A stretch of 64,000 nt of DNA. Source: Candidatus Saccharimonadota bacterium. GTDB taxonomy: Bacteria; Patescibacteriota; Saccharimonadia; Saccharimonadales; Saccharimonadaceae. A model generated the notes under the pieces. That model was given only the letters and a program-made list of their open reading frames with translations. It made no database searches and was not told where the DNA came from. Where the stretch lies: positions 48,921 through 112,920 of the forward strand of contig JAFWGN010000007.1 of NCBI GenBank assembly GCA_017515285.1, written 5' to 3'. Position 1 is the stretch's first letter. The number at the start of each line of letters is the position of its first letter. Positions 17,755 to 27,077 of this stretch are shown here, piece after piece. The position numbers and the translations under genes were made by a program.

Positions 17755-18297
17755 CTAGATTTGCATAATCTCTTTTTCTTTTTCCTTGAAGACGGTGTCG
17801 ATTTGGTCGTTGAAGTTTTTGGTTAAATCGTCGATTTCTTTCTCGGCGCGTTTCTTGGCGTCTTCAGGGAGTTCGAGGGTTTTTAGGTCTTTTCTGGCGT
17901 CTTCGCGAGTGTTTCGGATTTTGACTTTGGCTTCCTCGACGGATTTGGAGGCGGTTTTGACGATTTCTTTTCTTCGCTCTTCGGTCAAAGGAGGAATCGG
18001 GACGCGGACGACGCGGCCGTCATCGGAAGGATTGAGGCCGAGGGAGGAGTCGGAGCGAATGGCGTTTGAGATGCCAGGGATGGTCGAGGGGTCGTAAGGG
18101 GTGACGAGGAGCATAGTTCCGCCGGAGACGGTGACGTTCGCAACTTGGTTTAGAGGCATCCATTGGCCGTAGGCTTCGACTTTGACACCCATGAGCATGT
18201 CGGGGTGGGCGCGGCCGGTGCGGACCTTTCTCAAATCGTCTTTGAAACGGTCTAGGGACGCGGACATTTCTTTTTGGTATTTTGCGGTGTCGAACAT
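17755..18297 (-). CDS. frr: Ribosome recycling factor
   Basis: 180 aa; ...RTGRAHPDMLMGVKVEAYG...LNPSDDGRVVRVPIPPLTEERRKE matches Frr. An RBS is present. Confidence 0.9.
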   Translation of the reverse strand: MFDTAKYQKEMSASLDRFKDDLRKVRTGRAHPDMLMGVKVEAYGQWMPLNQVANVTVSGGTMLLVTPYDPSTIPGISNAIRSDSSLGLNPSDDGRVVRVPIPPLTEERRKEIVKTASKSVEEAKVKIRNTREDARKDLKTLELPEDAKKRAEKEIDDLTKNFNDQIDTVFKEKEKEIMQI

Positions 18298-18335
18298 AAA
18301 AACTCCTTGTTAATGATTATATTATAACGTATTTA

Positions 18336-18364
18336 TTGCTGAAATGCGAGTTTTTTGATATAAT
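18336..18364 (+). promoter_or_regulatory. Sigma70-type promoter for sortase gene (TTGCTG-17 nt-TATAAT), -10 ends 6 nt before the ATG (leaderless transcript predicted)
   Basis: ttgctg at 18336-18341 and tataat at 18359-18364, with the ATG at 18371. Confidence 0.45.
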
Positions 18365-18370
18365 CTTGTC

Positions 18371-19570
18371 ATGGATTCTAAAACTGGTGGGCTCTCTTCT
18401 GATGACAAAAGGCGACTGGCGGCAGAAAATTTGGCCCGGCAGAAAGTTTTGATGGCTTATGAACGAAAAGAGGTGGACGTGGCGGCGAATTTTATCAAGA
18501 AGCAGGAAGGCGCGGCCGACTCCGGGCGAGAGCAATCCGTCAAGGCGGCGGGGCTTGGGGCTTCGGCGACGCCGGTGCTGAAAAACGTTTCGAATGAGGA
18601 CTGGAAAAAATATCATACCGCGTGGCAGAATTATTACCAGAAATATTATAGTCAATATTATATGAATGCGGCGAAAGAATACGTCGCGAAACAACAGGTT
18701 TCTTCGCCCGTGCGGACGGCGATTTTGAGCGAAAATGACGAAAAAAAGTCGCAAATTTCACACGCGCTCGAATCAGACAAAAAACAGGGGTCAGTGAGTT
18801 TTAAGGACAAAATTCGGGCGAGGGCGGAAGAGCGAAAAAAGACCGCCTCGAGGCGACGGAAAATGATGCCGATTTTGGCCGGGTTGGTAGTCATGCTGAC
18901 AGTGCTGTTTTTGCAATATAACCGGTTGGTTTTTGCGCCGATTGCGGCGTATGTAAGCCCTGGTGAATCGCCGGCGGAGGAGATTTCTGCGATGGACCCG
19001 ACGGTGACGCTAACGAAAGTCTCCGCGGACCCGAAGTTGATTATCCCGAAACTTAATATCGACGTGCCGCTGAACTTTGGAGTGGCGATTGACGACGTTA
19101 TGGACGCGATGAACCGAGGGGTGGCGCACTATCGAATTAACGGTGCGAGTGCATATCCGGGGGAGGTGGGGAACTTCGTGGTCATGGGTCATTCGGCGGG
19201 GGATGTTTATTCCGCGAACCAGTATAAGTTTATTTTCTCCGGGCTTGAACGGCTTGAGGCCGGCGATTTGATTTATGTGCATTATAATTCTGTGCGCTAT
19301 ACTTATCGAATGACGGGGAGCGAGATCATTCTTCCGACGGAAGTGTCGAAACTCGTGATTGAGACTGATAAGCCGATTATGACGTTAGTGACTTGTTGGC
19401 CGCTTGGGACGAGTCAAAAGAGGCTTCTAATCTATGCCGAGCAGATTGCTCCGTCTAATAATGAGGCGAAACAGCAAGAGGAGATTGAGGAGAAAGTCGA
19501 GGAAGGTTCGCCGTTGCCGGAGAACGAGGAAACGCTGTTTGACAGAATTCGAAAGTGGCTAAATTTGTGA
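18371..19570 (+). CDS. Sortase-family transpeptidase with N-terminal cytoplasmic extension and TM anchor
   Basis: Catalytic His (VMGHSAGD), the TLVTC active-site Cys motif (IMTLVTCWPLG) and a conserved Arg (SQKRLLIYA). Confidence 0.8.
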   Translation: MDSKTGGLSSDDKRRLAAENLARQKVLMAYERKEVDVAANFIKKQEGAADSGREQSVKAAGLGASATPVLKNVSNEDWKKYHTAWQNYYQKYYSQYYMNAAKEYVAKQQVSSPVRTAILSENDEKKSQISHALESDKKQGSVSFKDKIRARAEERKKTASRRRKMMPILAGLVVMLTVLFLQYNRLVFAPIAAYVSPGESPAEEISAMDPTVTLTKVSADPKLIIPKLNIDVPLNFGVAIDDVMDAMNRGVAHYRINGASAYPGEVGNFVVMGHSAGDVYSANQYKFIFSGLERLEAGDLIYVHYNSVRYTYRMTGSEIILPTEVSKLVIETDKPIMTLVTCWPLGTSQKRLLIYAEQIAPSNNEAKQQEEIEEKVEEGSPLPENEETLFDRIRKWLNL

Positions 19571-19593
19571 TTTTATGATATACTAGAAGCGTT

Positions 19594-19680
19594 GGGCGAA
19601 TGGCGGAATTGGTAGACGCGCCAGACTCAAAATCTAGTTCTCGTAAGAGAGTGTGGGTTCGATTCCCACTTCGCCCACCA
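19594..19680 (+). tRNA. tRNA-Leu (anticodon CAA), class II with long variable arm, CCA encoded
   Basis: Acceptor GGGCGAA/UUCGCCC; D-arm GCGGAAUUGGUAGACGC; anticodon loop CUCAAAA; long variable arm; T-arm GGGUUCGAUUCCC; discriminator A plus CCA. Confidence 0.85.
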
Positions 19681-19695
19681 GTGATGGAATTAAAA

Positions 19696-19716
19696 GGCGC
19701 CAAGGTGGCGTTTTTT
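19696..19716. terminator. Bidirectional hairpin terminator between tRNA-Leu (+) and the 218-aa gene (-)
   Basis: aaaaGGCGCCaaggtGGCGtttttt: a GC stem flanked by an A-run on one side and a T-run on the other. Confidence 0.5.
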
Positions 19717-19728
19717 GTTGATACTATA

Positions 19729-20385
19729 TTATAGTTCGAGCTCGGCGGAGGGTTGAAGGAGTGCGTGGAGAGGGGTGTCGGTGCGGGAGTCGGGTTCAAG
19801 CTCGAAATCGAGGAAGGCGAGGTGAGATAGGCCGAGTTTTCCGGCGAGGAGCGATTCGGCGTCGGGGACGGTGAGGACTTTGTCGCCGAACTCGAGCTTG
19901 TGCCAGGCGAGGCGCTGGAGGCTTTCGATGGTGGTTTTTAGGGAGGCCGATTCGGAGCGGGTAAAGTTCTTCAAAATCACGGTCTGGGACGGGGTTAAGA
20001 CGAGCGCGGCGGAATCGGACGGTTCGAAATAATTAAGATAAGGGCGAAGTTCGCGGGCGAGTTTTAGGACCGATTCGGAAAAAGCCTCGTTATCGTCCTT
20101 TTCCCAAGCGACGAGAATCTCGGCGAGGAGGTGGAGAACGGTCGATTTTTGTTCGTGTTCGTAGTAATTGAGGCGAGAAAGGTCTTCGCTGGTTAGATTG
20201 AGATTGCCGAGAGAGCGCCCTGTGCTCTGCCAGGAGGCTTGCCAAGAAGTGAAAAAGGTGGTTAAAATATCAACTACTTCGCCTCGCTGAATCTCCCAAA
20301 AGGGCGGTTCGGACGCTTGTTCGTTTGCGATTTCTTCGAAGTTTACGGAGAAGGATTTTCGGTTCTTGTATAAAAAATGAGGCAT
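19729..20385 (-). CDS. Hypothetical protein (218 aa)
   Basis: ORF only; no motif recognised. Confidence 0.45.
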   Translation of the reverse strand: MPHFLYKNRKSFSVNFEEIANEQASEPPFWEIQRGEVVDILTTFFTSWQASWQSTGRSLGNLNLTSEDLSRLNYYEHEQKSTVLHLLAEILVAWEKDDNEAFSESVLKLARELRPYLNYFEPSDSAALVLTPSQTVILKNFTRSESASLKTTIESLQRLAWHKLEFGDKVLTVPDAESLLAGKLGLSHLAFLDFELEPDSRTDTPLHALLQPSAELEL

Positions 20386-20466
20386 ATCGCGCCTCCACAG
20401 TAAGTTATATATGATACTATTATAACAATTTCTGTAAGAAAATCAATATGTAGACAATAAAAAGTA

Positions 20467-20496
20467 CCCCTTTCAACCAGGTTTCGAGGGGTTCTT
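20467..20496 (-). terminator. Hairpin plus U-run downstream of rpsI
   Basis: Minus strand ccccucgaaacc ugg uugaaagggg, then uacuuuuua. Confidence 0.4.
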
Positions 20497-20514
20497 TTTG
20501 TTGTTCTCTTCTTC

Positions 20515-20913
20515 CTAACGCTTGCTGAACTGTTCTTTCTTGCGGGCGGAGCGAAGGCCGTATTTCTTGCGCTCTTTCTCGCGCGGATCGCGTTTGACGA
20601 ATCCGGCTTTCTTGAGAATCGGGCGAAGGTCCGGGGCTTCGGTTTGAAGTGCCTTGGAAATTGCGAGTTTGATTGCGTCAACTTGGCCGGCGAGTCCACC
20701 ACCAGTAACACGAATCGAGATGTCGTATTCCTTTTGCTTTTGAGCAAGGGCGAGCGGGTCGGTGATTTCGGCGAGCATACTCTTGTCGCCAGAGAAGTAC
20801 TCTAAAGCGGGCTTACCGTTAATCGTGATTTCTCCCTTGCCTTTGTAGAGGCGGGCGCGAGCGGAAGCGGCTTTTCTGCGGCCGAGGCCGTAAATGTATT
20901 TTTCTTCAGCCAT
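20515..20913 (-). CDS. rpsI: 30S ribosomal protein S9
   Basis: 132 aa with C-terminal ...GLRSARKKEQFSKR; the sequence is S9 throughout. Confidence 0.95.
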   Translation of the reverse strand: MAEEKYIYGLGRRKAASARARLYKGKGEITINGKPALEYFSGDKSMLAEITDPLALAQKQKEYDISIRVTGGGLAGQVDAIKLAISKALQTEAPDLRPILKKAGFVKRDPREKERKKYGLRSARKKEQFSKR

Positions 20914-21338
20914 TATTTAATCTCCTTTGGATTTTGAGCGGCATGAGCGTGTTCGGAGCCTTCGAAAACGCGAAGGCGAGCGAGACGGTCGGCGGCTAAT
21001 TTGTTCTTCGGGAGCATTCCCTTGACGGCTTCGCGAATCGCAAGCGAAGGGTCTTTTTCGAGGACTTCTTCGAGCTTGAGTTCGGTTAGACCACCGGGGA
21101 AGCCAGAGTGGCGGTAGTATTTTTTGTCGGTCATTTTAGTACCGGTGACTTTGAGGTCTTTGGAATTGATGACGACAACGTAATCGCCATTGTCAATGTG
21201 GGGGGTGAAAGTGACTTTGCTCTTCCCCATTAATTTGTCAGCAATTACGACGGCGAGTTTCCCGAGGGGCATGGTCGAGGCATCGACGAGCCACCATTCG
21301 CGGGAGATTTCCGAGGCTTTTTGAGAATAGGTTTTCAT
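20913..21338 (-). CDS. rplM: 50S ribosomal protein L13
   Basis: MKTYSQKASEISREWWLVDA... L13 signature. It overlaps the rpsI start by 1 nt. Confidence 0.95.
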   Translation of the reverse strand: MKTYSQKASEISREWWLVDASTMPLGKLAVVIADKLMGKSKVTFTPHIDNGDYVVVINSKDLKVTGTKMTDKKYYRHSGFPGGLTELKLEEVLEKDPSLAIREAVKGMLPKNKLAADRLARLRVFEGSEHAHAAQNPKEIK

Positions 21339-21340
21339 GG

Positions 21341-21736
21341 TTACTTATCCCCTTTCTTCTTGGCGCCAAGTTCTAGGTCGATGTCGTCGACGAAGGAGAT
21401 GGTGGCCATTTCCGAGTGGTCGCCCTTGCGGAAGCCGGCACGCTCAATTTTGAGATAGCCGGAGTTGCGAGTGATTTGCGGGGCGATAACGTCGATAAGA
21501 AGGTCGGCGATCTCGATGTCGTCTAAACGAGCGATGACGAGACGACGAGAAGCGAGGTCGCCTTTTTTGGCAAGGGTGATGAGCTTCTCGGTCGAGCGAC
21601 GCATTTCTTTAGCGCGGGCGAGAGTGGTGGTTATGGATTGATATTTAATCAGGGAGCACATCAGCCCACGAAGAAGTGCGGTAGCCTGATCGGTCTTGCG
21701 GCCGAACTTGCGGCCTTTGTATCCGTGGCGGTGCAT
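21341..21736 (-). CDS. rplQ: 50S ribosomal protein L17
   Basis: MHRHGYKGRKFGRKTDQATALLRGL... L17. Confidence 0.95.
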   Translation of the reverse strand: MHRHGYKGRKFGRKTDQATALLRGLMCSLIKYQSITTTLARAKEMRRSTEKLITLAKKGDLASRRLVIARLDDIEIADLLIDVIAPQITRNSGYLKIERAGFRKGDHSEMATISFVDDIDLELGAKKKGDK

Positions 21737-22686
21737 TATTTTCTAAACTCCGTAATTTTATCTTGAACTTCCTCGAGTGCTTTAGTTCCGAAACCTTTGA
21801 GGTCTTTCAACTGGGCATCGGTGAGGCCGACGAGTTGGGAAAGATTTTTAATTCCGTTGTTGACTAAAGCGTTGGCGGTGCGAGCGGAGAGACCGAGCTC
21901 CTCGATAGGAAGGAGGAGGCCGGAATTATCTTCTTCGGCGTCGACGCCAGGAACCGGGGCAGATTCGACAGTAGTGCCACCGGCGAGGGCTTGGTATTGG
22001 TTGACGAGAATTGCAGCGGCTTCTTCGAACGCTTCGCGCGGGGTAATCGTCCCGTCGGTGTCGATAGTAAGCGTGAGCTGTTGGAGGCTAGTATCGCGAC
22101 CAACGCGGGTGTTCTCGACTTTGTAACGGACGCGGAGAACCGGGGTAAAGACGGCGTCAAGAGCGATCATGTCGCTGTGGAGACGGTCTTTGGTCGATTC
22201 GTCAATGGTCAAGTAACCGCGGCCGGATTCGATGACGAAGCGCATCTTCAAGGTGAAGTTCGGGTCGTCAATGTGGCAGATGACTTGGTTCGGGTTTCCG
22301 AGTTCGACATCGGAAGGAAGTTTCATGTCGGCGGCGGTAACGCGTTTGTCGCCATCTTTTTCGGTTTGTTTGCTGCCTTTAATTTCCAAGGTGGCTTCGA
22401 CTGGCGTATCGACGTGGCTCTTGAAGCGAATGTTCTTCAAGTTTAGCATAATATCGACGACGTCTTCGCGAATTCCTTCGATGGCGGTAAACTCGTGCGT
22501 CGTGCCTTCAATGGAGAAGGAAGTGATCGCAGCGCCCTTAATGCTGGACAGGAGAACGCGGCGAAGGGAGTTGCCGAGCGTGTTACCGTAGCCGTAGTAT
22601 AACGGGCGGATGACGAATTCGGCACTGTTTTCACCAAGTTCGTGAACCTCAGCGAGTGTAGCGTCATTGATTGCTTTTGTTATCAT
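21736..22686 (-). CDS. rpoA: DNA-directed RNA polymerase alpha subunit
   Basis: RpoA N-terminal domain plus the alpha-CTD (DLSARTANALVNNGIKNLSQLV). The start was moved to the internal ATG (complement of 22684-22686) with RBS aaggag, removing a 20-nt overlap with rpsD. Confidence 0.9.
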   Translation of the reverse strand: MITKAINDATLAEVHELGENSAEFVIRPLYYGYGNTLGNSLRRVLLSSIKGAAITSFSIEGTTHEFTAIEGIREDVVDIMLNLKNIRFKSHVDTPVEATLEIKGSKQTEKDGDKRVTAADMKLPSDVELGNPNQVICHIDDPNFTLKMRFVIESGRGYLTIDESTKDRLHSDMIALDAVFTPVLRVRYKVENTRVGRDTSLQQLTLTIDTDGTITPREAFEEAAAILVNQYQALAGGTTVESAPVPGVDAEEDNSGLLLPIEELGLSARTANALVNNGIKNLSQLVGLTDAQLKDLKGFGTKALEEVQDKITEFRK

Positions 22687-22702
22687 TTTACTCTCCTTGT
22701 CC

Positions 22703-23305
22703 TTAGCGTGAGTAGAACTCAACGATTAATTGTTCATTAATGCCCACCTCGGCTTCTTCGCGCTTCGGTAAACCGGTGATTTCAATCTTCATCTTTTTGG
22801 AATCTGCCTTCATCCAGGAAAGCGGAGAAGTCATTCCTTCGACGGATTTGAAATAATCGGATTTTTGAGACTTGGGGCGAACCTCAAGTACATCGCCAGG
22901 ATTCAAGCGAATCGAAGGGATGTCAATTCGTTTGCCATTTAAGAGGAAGTGGCCGTGAGAGACGAGTTGGCGAGCTTGGCGACGAGTGGTCGCAAAACCG
23001 GCGCGATAAACGGCGTTATCGGCGCGGCGCTCCAAGAATTGAAGCAAGTTTTCGCCAGTAAGACCTTCGGCGCGGGTCGCTTCTTTCATGAGTTTGGCAA
23101 ACTGTTTTTCGAGAAGACCGTACATGCGACGGACCTTCTGTTTCTCGCGGAGCTGGACCAAGTATAGGCTTTGTGAGCGAGAACGCATTCCGGAATGTTC
23201 ACCGGGGATGCCGTTCTTTTTGGCCATAACTTTGGCGGCCTTGGGCGCGAGGGCATAACCTTCGCGGCGAGATTGTTTAACAATAGGGGATTTATCGCGG
23301 GCCAT
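22703..23305 (-). CDS. rpsD: 30S ribosomal protein S4
   Basis: MARDKSPIVKQSRREGYAL...S4 sequence. Confidence 0.95.
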   Translation of the reverse strand: MARDKSPIVKQSRREGYALAPKAAKVMAKKNGIPGEHSGMRSRSQSLYLVQLREKQKVRRMYGLLEKQFAKLMKEATRAEGLTGENLLQFLERRADNAVYRAGFATTRRQARQLVSHGHFLLNGKRIDIPSIRLNPGDVLEVRPKSQKSDYFKSVEGMTSPLSWMKADSKKMKIEITGLPKREEAEVGINEQLIVEFYSR

Positions 23306-23739
23306 TACGGTTTCCTTTCTCCCTTCGGCCGCACGCCACCGTGGGCGATCGGGGTTGTGTCAGTGATGCTGTTGATTTTAATGCCGAGGGAGGAGACGGC
23401 GCGAATGGCGCTGTCGCGGCCGAGGCCAATTCCCTTGACGAAAACGTCGACGGAGGAAAGCCCGTGATCGCGCTTGGCGATTTCGAGAGCTTTTTCGGCG
23501 GCGATTTGCGCGGCGTAGGCAGTTCCTTTTTTAGAACCACGGAAGCCGTTGGCGCCGGCGGAAGAACTGGTTAGGACTTCGCCCTTGCCATCGCTGACAC
23601 TGATAATGGTATTGTTGAAGGTCGCTTGGATGTGGACTTGTCCGGATTGAGCAACTCTTTTACCTTTTTTAGCGGACTTCTTGGTAGTGGCTTGAGCTTC
23701 TGCCACAGGAGCTTGATTTTGGTTAACTTCTTCAGACAT
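23305..23739 (-). CDS. rpsK: 30S ribosomal protein S11
   Basis: ...QVHIQATFNNTIISVSDGKGEVL...GFRGSKKGTAYAAQ... S11. Confidence 0.95.
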   Translation of the reverse strand: MSEEVNQNQAPVAEAQATTKKSAKKGKRVAQSGQVHIQATFNNTIISVSDGKGEVLTSSSAGANGFRGSKKGTAYAAQIAAEKALEIAKRDHGLSSVDVFVKGIGLGRDSAIRAVSSLGIKINSITDTTPIAHGGVRPKGERKP

Positions 23740-23751
23740 TTCAGTTTACTC

Positions 23752-24138
23752 CTAGGTTTTACTCGCTGCTTTAGGTTGAGCGCCGCCGACGGCAATAGCC
23801 TTACCCTTACGAGTACGCGCGTTCGTGCGGGTGCGCTGGCCGTTGACCGGAAGTTTGGCCTTGTGGCGTAAACCTTTGTAGGAGTTAATGTCTTTAAGAC
23901 GTTTGATATTGTTGGTCACGAGGCGTTTCAAATCACCTTCAACGGAATATTTCGAGGAAATAATGTCGTTGAGTTTTTGTTCTTCAGCCTCGGTGAGATC
24001 TTTCACCCGAGTGGTAGGCTCAATTTTGGCCTCCGCAAGGATGGCTTTGGAGGTCGTTTTTCCGATTCCGTAGATGTAAGTCAGAGCGGTTTCGACTTGT
24101 TTCTCGGAAGGGATGACGACGCTAGCAATTCGTGCCAT
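23752..24138 (-). CDS. rpsM: 30S ribosomal protein S13
   Basis: [26 protein letters not shown]... S13. Confidence 0.95.
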   Translation of the reverse strand: MARIASVVIPSEKQVETALTYIYGIGKTTSKAILAEAKIEPTTRVKDLTEAEEQKLNDIISSKYSVEGDLKRLVTNNIKRLKDINSYKGLRHKAKLPVNGQRTRTNARTRKGKAIAVGGAQPKAASKT

Positions 24139-24140
24139 GC

Positions 24141-24257
24141 TTAACCCTGCCTTTGCTTGTTTTTAGGTTTTTTCTTGTTGATGACCCGGAGAACGCCTTT
24201 TCGGCGGACGAAGATGTCATCGGGGGAGATTTTTTTAACACTGGCGCGTACCTTCAT
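24141..24257 (-). CDS. rpmJ: 50S ribosomal protein L36 (38 aa; not in supplied ORF track)
   Basis: Reverse-complement translation gives [38 protein letters not shown], the canonical L36, lying between infA and rpsM. Confidence 0.85.
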   Translation of the reverse strand: MKVRASVKKISPDDIFVRRKGVLRVINKKKPKNKQRQG

Positions 24258-24316
24258 AGTGTAAAAAATTCCTTGTTTAAGGTTTATATATGTAATTCCT
24301 AGCCTCGTAAGCTAAG

Positions 24317-24535
24317 TTAGCGGCGGAAGCTGATTCTACCCTTTGTAAGATCGTAAGGGGTTAACTCAACATCTACCGTATCACCGGGCACGAGACGGAT
24401 AAAGTTTTTGCGCATTTTTCCGCTCATGTGCGCAATGATAATATGGCCATTCTCGAGTTCAACCCGAAATTGGGCATTAGGCAGAGCCTCAACGACTTTG
24501 CCTGTGAGTTTGATCACTTCCTTTTGACTAGCCAT
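24317..24535 (-). CDS. infA: Translation initiation factor IF-1
   Basis: 72 aa with the S1-like OB fold: ...[42 protein letters not shown]... Confidence 0.95.
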   Translation of the reverse strand: MASQKEVIKLTGKVVEALPNAQFRVELENGHIIIAHMSGKMRKNFIRLVPGDTVDVELTPYDLTKGRISFRR

Positions 24536-24579
24536 AAATTACTGAAATATTATATCAAAAATATTTTCGTTTTACAATA

Positions 24580-25380
24580 CTATTTTTCTAAAATTGCTCG
24601 AACGAATTGGCGGCTTAAGTAGGTTTGTTGGACTTGGGACCATTCGCCGATGCAGGAGATTAGAGTTAGGGCTTCAGTGCCGAGGACTGGGGAGGTGAAA
24701 GCGGTTTTCATATATCCGTCGGCTTCGGAAAGTGGGACTTCGACGTTTTCGACGACTTTGTAGGTGAACTTTTCGCCGTCGCCACGTTCGATGGTGATGA
24801 GGTCGCCGGCGTAAAGTTGGTTGATGTGCTTAAAGACGCCTTCAACGTTCGGGCCGCCGTTATGTCCGTCCATAACGAGGACGCCGCCGGAGCCGGGTTT
24901 TGACGATTGGGAATACCAACCGACGTCGAAGATGTTATAAGGAGTGTCAAGTTCGCCGGAGGTGTTGATGCCCATTGAATAGACGCGGGCGTTTATGATT
25001 CCGAGTTTTTCAATGGAAAGATAACGCGGGGCGGTAGGTTCGACGTTATGCTCGCGACGCTGCTCGGTAGTTACTTCGGTTTCGTCAACTTCGGTGGCAG
25101 TGGCGTCTTCGACGGTTTCGGCGGTGGCGCGGGCGCGACCTTCTTGCTCGTTGTAGTATTTATATTCCCAGAAGGCGGTGCGCGCAAAGAAGAAGGTAAG
25201 ACAGAAGAGGACGATTCCAAGGAAGACTTTGCTGATTAGTGAACGGGAGCCGTCTAGGTTCATGCTACGAGCGTTTTTATTGAGGTCTTTAGGTTTAGTC
25301 TCGAAAGGATCGAGTGTTTTTTTATTTGGCGATTTCTTTGCCGCGGTTTTGGTTGTTTTTGATGTAGATTCGTTTTTCAT
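24580..25380 (-). CDS. Sortase-like transpeptidase (membrane-anchored), located inside the secY-infA operon
   Basis: A TM anchor, then a catalytic-domain pattern: His (VLVMDGHNGGP), Cys in LTLISCIGEW, and Arg (RQFVRA). Confidence 0.6.
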   Translation of the reverse strand: MKNESTSKTTKTAAKKSPNKKTLDPFETKPKDLNKNARSMNLDGSRSLISKVFLGIVLFCLTFFFARTAFWEYKYYNEQEGRARATAETVEDATATEVDETEVTTEQRREHNVEPTAPRYLSIEKLGIINARVYSMGINTSGELDTPYNIFDVGWYSQSSKPGSGGVLVMDGHNGGPNVEGVFKHINQLYAGDLITIERGDGEKFTYKVVENVEVPLSEADGYMKTAFTSPVLGTEALTLISCIGEWSQVQQTYLSRQFVRAILEK

Positions 25381-25395
25381 GCCACCCTTTCGAGA

Positions 25396-26856
25396 TTATT
25401 TTGTTGCTTTGGCTTTTGACTTTTTTGGTTTGGACTCTTTTCCATAGTCGTCATAAGTCACCATGAGAGCGCGAGAATCGATGGCGCGGAGGTTTTCGAT
25501 GGAGATTGTTACGATGAGGAGAAGCCCGGTGCCGGAGAGGGAGAGACCTTGAGGGGAGCCGGTCGTGATGATGAAAATGTAGTCGGTGATGAACGGAAGC
25601 ATGGCGATTAGGCCGAGGCTCAATGCGCCGAAGAGGTTAAGGCGATTGACGATTTTCTCGAGGTAATCGGCGGTTTTGTAGCCAGGGCGAACACCCTCGA
25701 TGAAGCCGCCTTGTTTTTGGAGATTGTCGGCGATTTCTTTAGTGTTGAAATTGATGCTGGTATAGAAGTAGGTGAACATGACGATAAGGACGAAAAGACA
25801 AGCAGGATAAACAAACCATTTCCAAGTGAGACCTAGGGGGTAGAGGCTTGCGTAGGTTTGGTAGTTGGGGGCGGTAAAGAGGCTGACGAGGTTTTGAGCG
25901 AGGACGGAGTCGGAGTTACTCGCGAGGATGATTTGGCCGATGAGAGCCGGGATACTCAGGAAGGCGGTGGCGAAAATGACAGGGATGACGCCGGCGGAGA
26001 TGACCTTGAGGGGGAGAATCGAGCGGATATCGCCATAGGCGGAGTTACCATGGACGCGCTTGGCGTAGTTGATGGTTAGGATGCGTTGGCCTTCGTTGAG
26101 TTTGGTGAGGAAATAGACGACGATAATGACGGAAGCTGCGAAGGCGAGGACGATCCAGAAGACGGTTGGGTTGACGGGGAGGTTGAGCCAACCGAAGAGG
26201 CTTAAAGTGCCGGCGCTAGTGTCGGTTAAATTGGCCCAGAGATTCGCGAAAGTAGCGGGGAAACTGGAGACGATTGAGGCGAAAATGAGCAAGGACATTC
26301 CGTTGCCGATTCCCTGTTCGGTCATGAGTTCGCCGAGCCACATGAGGAGGATGGAGCCGGCGACCATGGCGGTCAAGGCGATGGTCCATTCCATTGAAGT
26401 CAGTTCCGGGGTGACGGCGGTGGCGGAAGCGATGACGCTTTGGTTTAGCATGTAAATATAGGCGATGGATTGGACGATGGCGAGAGGGACAGCGAGAACA
26501 CGGGTCCACTGGCTAATTTTGCGGCGACCGACTTCGCCATCTTCGGAGATTTCTTCGAGGCGCGGGACGGCCTTGGTTAGGAGTTGCATGACGATAGAGG
26601 CGGTAATGTAAGGGGAGATGCCGACGAGAAGAATCGAGAAGTTGGTTAGCCCGCCGCCGGAGATCATATTGAGGAAGGAGCCGAAGTTGGAAGAGTTGAT
26701 TAGGCTATGAACCGCGTCGCGGAAGGTGGTCGTGTCGCCGAGGGGGACGGGGACGTGCGCAAGGAGGCGGTAAACGAACAAAAGACCGACGATAATCAAA
26801 ATCTTCTTTAACATGTCTTTGTTCTTTAGGGATTTGAAAATGGTTTTGAAATGCAT
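25396..26856 (-). CDS. secY: Protein translocase subunit SecY
   Basis: 486 aa, 10-TM SecY; ...GGGLTNFSILLVGISPYITASIVMQLL... is the SecY signature. Confidence 0.95.
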   Translation of the reverse strand: MHFKTIFKSLKNKDMLKKILIIVGLLFVYRLLAHVPVPLGDTTTFRDAVHSLINSSNFGSFLNMISGGGLTNFSILLVGISPYITASIVMQLLTKAVPRLEEISEDGEVGRRKISQWTRVLAVPLAIVQSIAYIYMLNQSVIASATAVTPELTSMEWTIALTAMVAGSILLMWLGELMTEQGIGNGMSLLIFASIVSSFPATFANLWANLTDTSAGTLSLFGWLNLPVNPTVFWIVLAFAASVIIVVYFLTKLNEGQRILTINYAKRVHGNSAYGDIRSILPLKVISAGVIPVIFATAFLSIPALIGQIILASNSDSVLAQNLVSLFTAPNYQTYASLYPLGLTWKWFVYPACLFVLIVMFTYFYTSINFNTKEIADNLQKQGGFIEGVRPGYKTADYLEKIVNRLNLFGALSLGLIAMLPFITDYIFIITTGSPQGLSLSGTGLLLIVTISIENLRAIDSRALMVTYDDYGKESKPKKSKAKATK

Positions 26857-26910
26857 GGGAACCTCAACTAGATTTACTTCCTCTATAATATCACAAAAAT
26901 AGACATAAAA

Positions 26911-27077
26911 AAAGTAGTTTACGTTTCTTTCTCAACGTGAGCCTCATCGCAATCGTAAAAATAACCTTAACAGGCTGTTTCTCCGTGCGGAGACAAGCTC
27001 GTGCTCGAAACAGTGTCAAGGTTATTTTTACTGTTGGTTTCGGCTCTTTGTTGTTTCGAAAGAAAGTAAACTACTTT
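26911..27077. repeat. Long imperfect palindromic repeat family B, copy c (between secY and rplO)
   Basis: A 70-nt core (about 26957-27029) is near-identical to 63882-63953. The outer arms (aaagtagtttac / gtaaactacttt) form a perfect inverted repeat. Confidence 0.7.

Noticed and set aside
22703-22722. 20-nt overlap between rpoA (track start 22722) and rpsD
   Set aside because: An internal ATG at 22686 has a proper AAGGAG RBS and yields a normal RpoA N-terminus. The longer start is unlikely.
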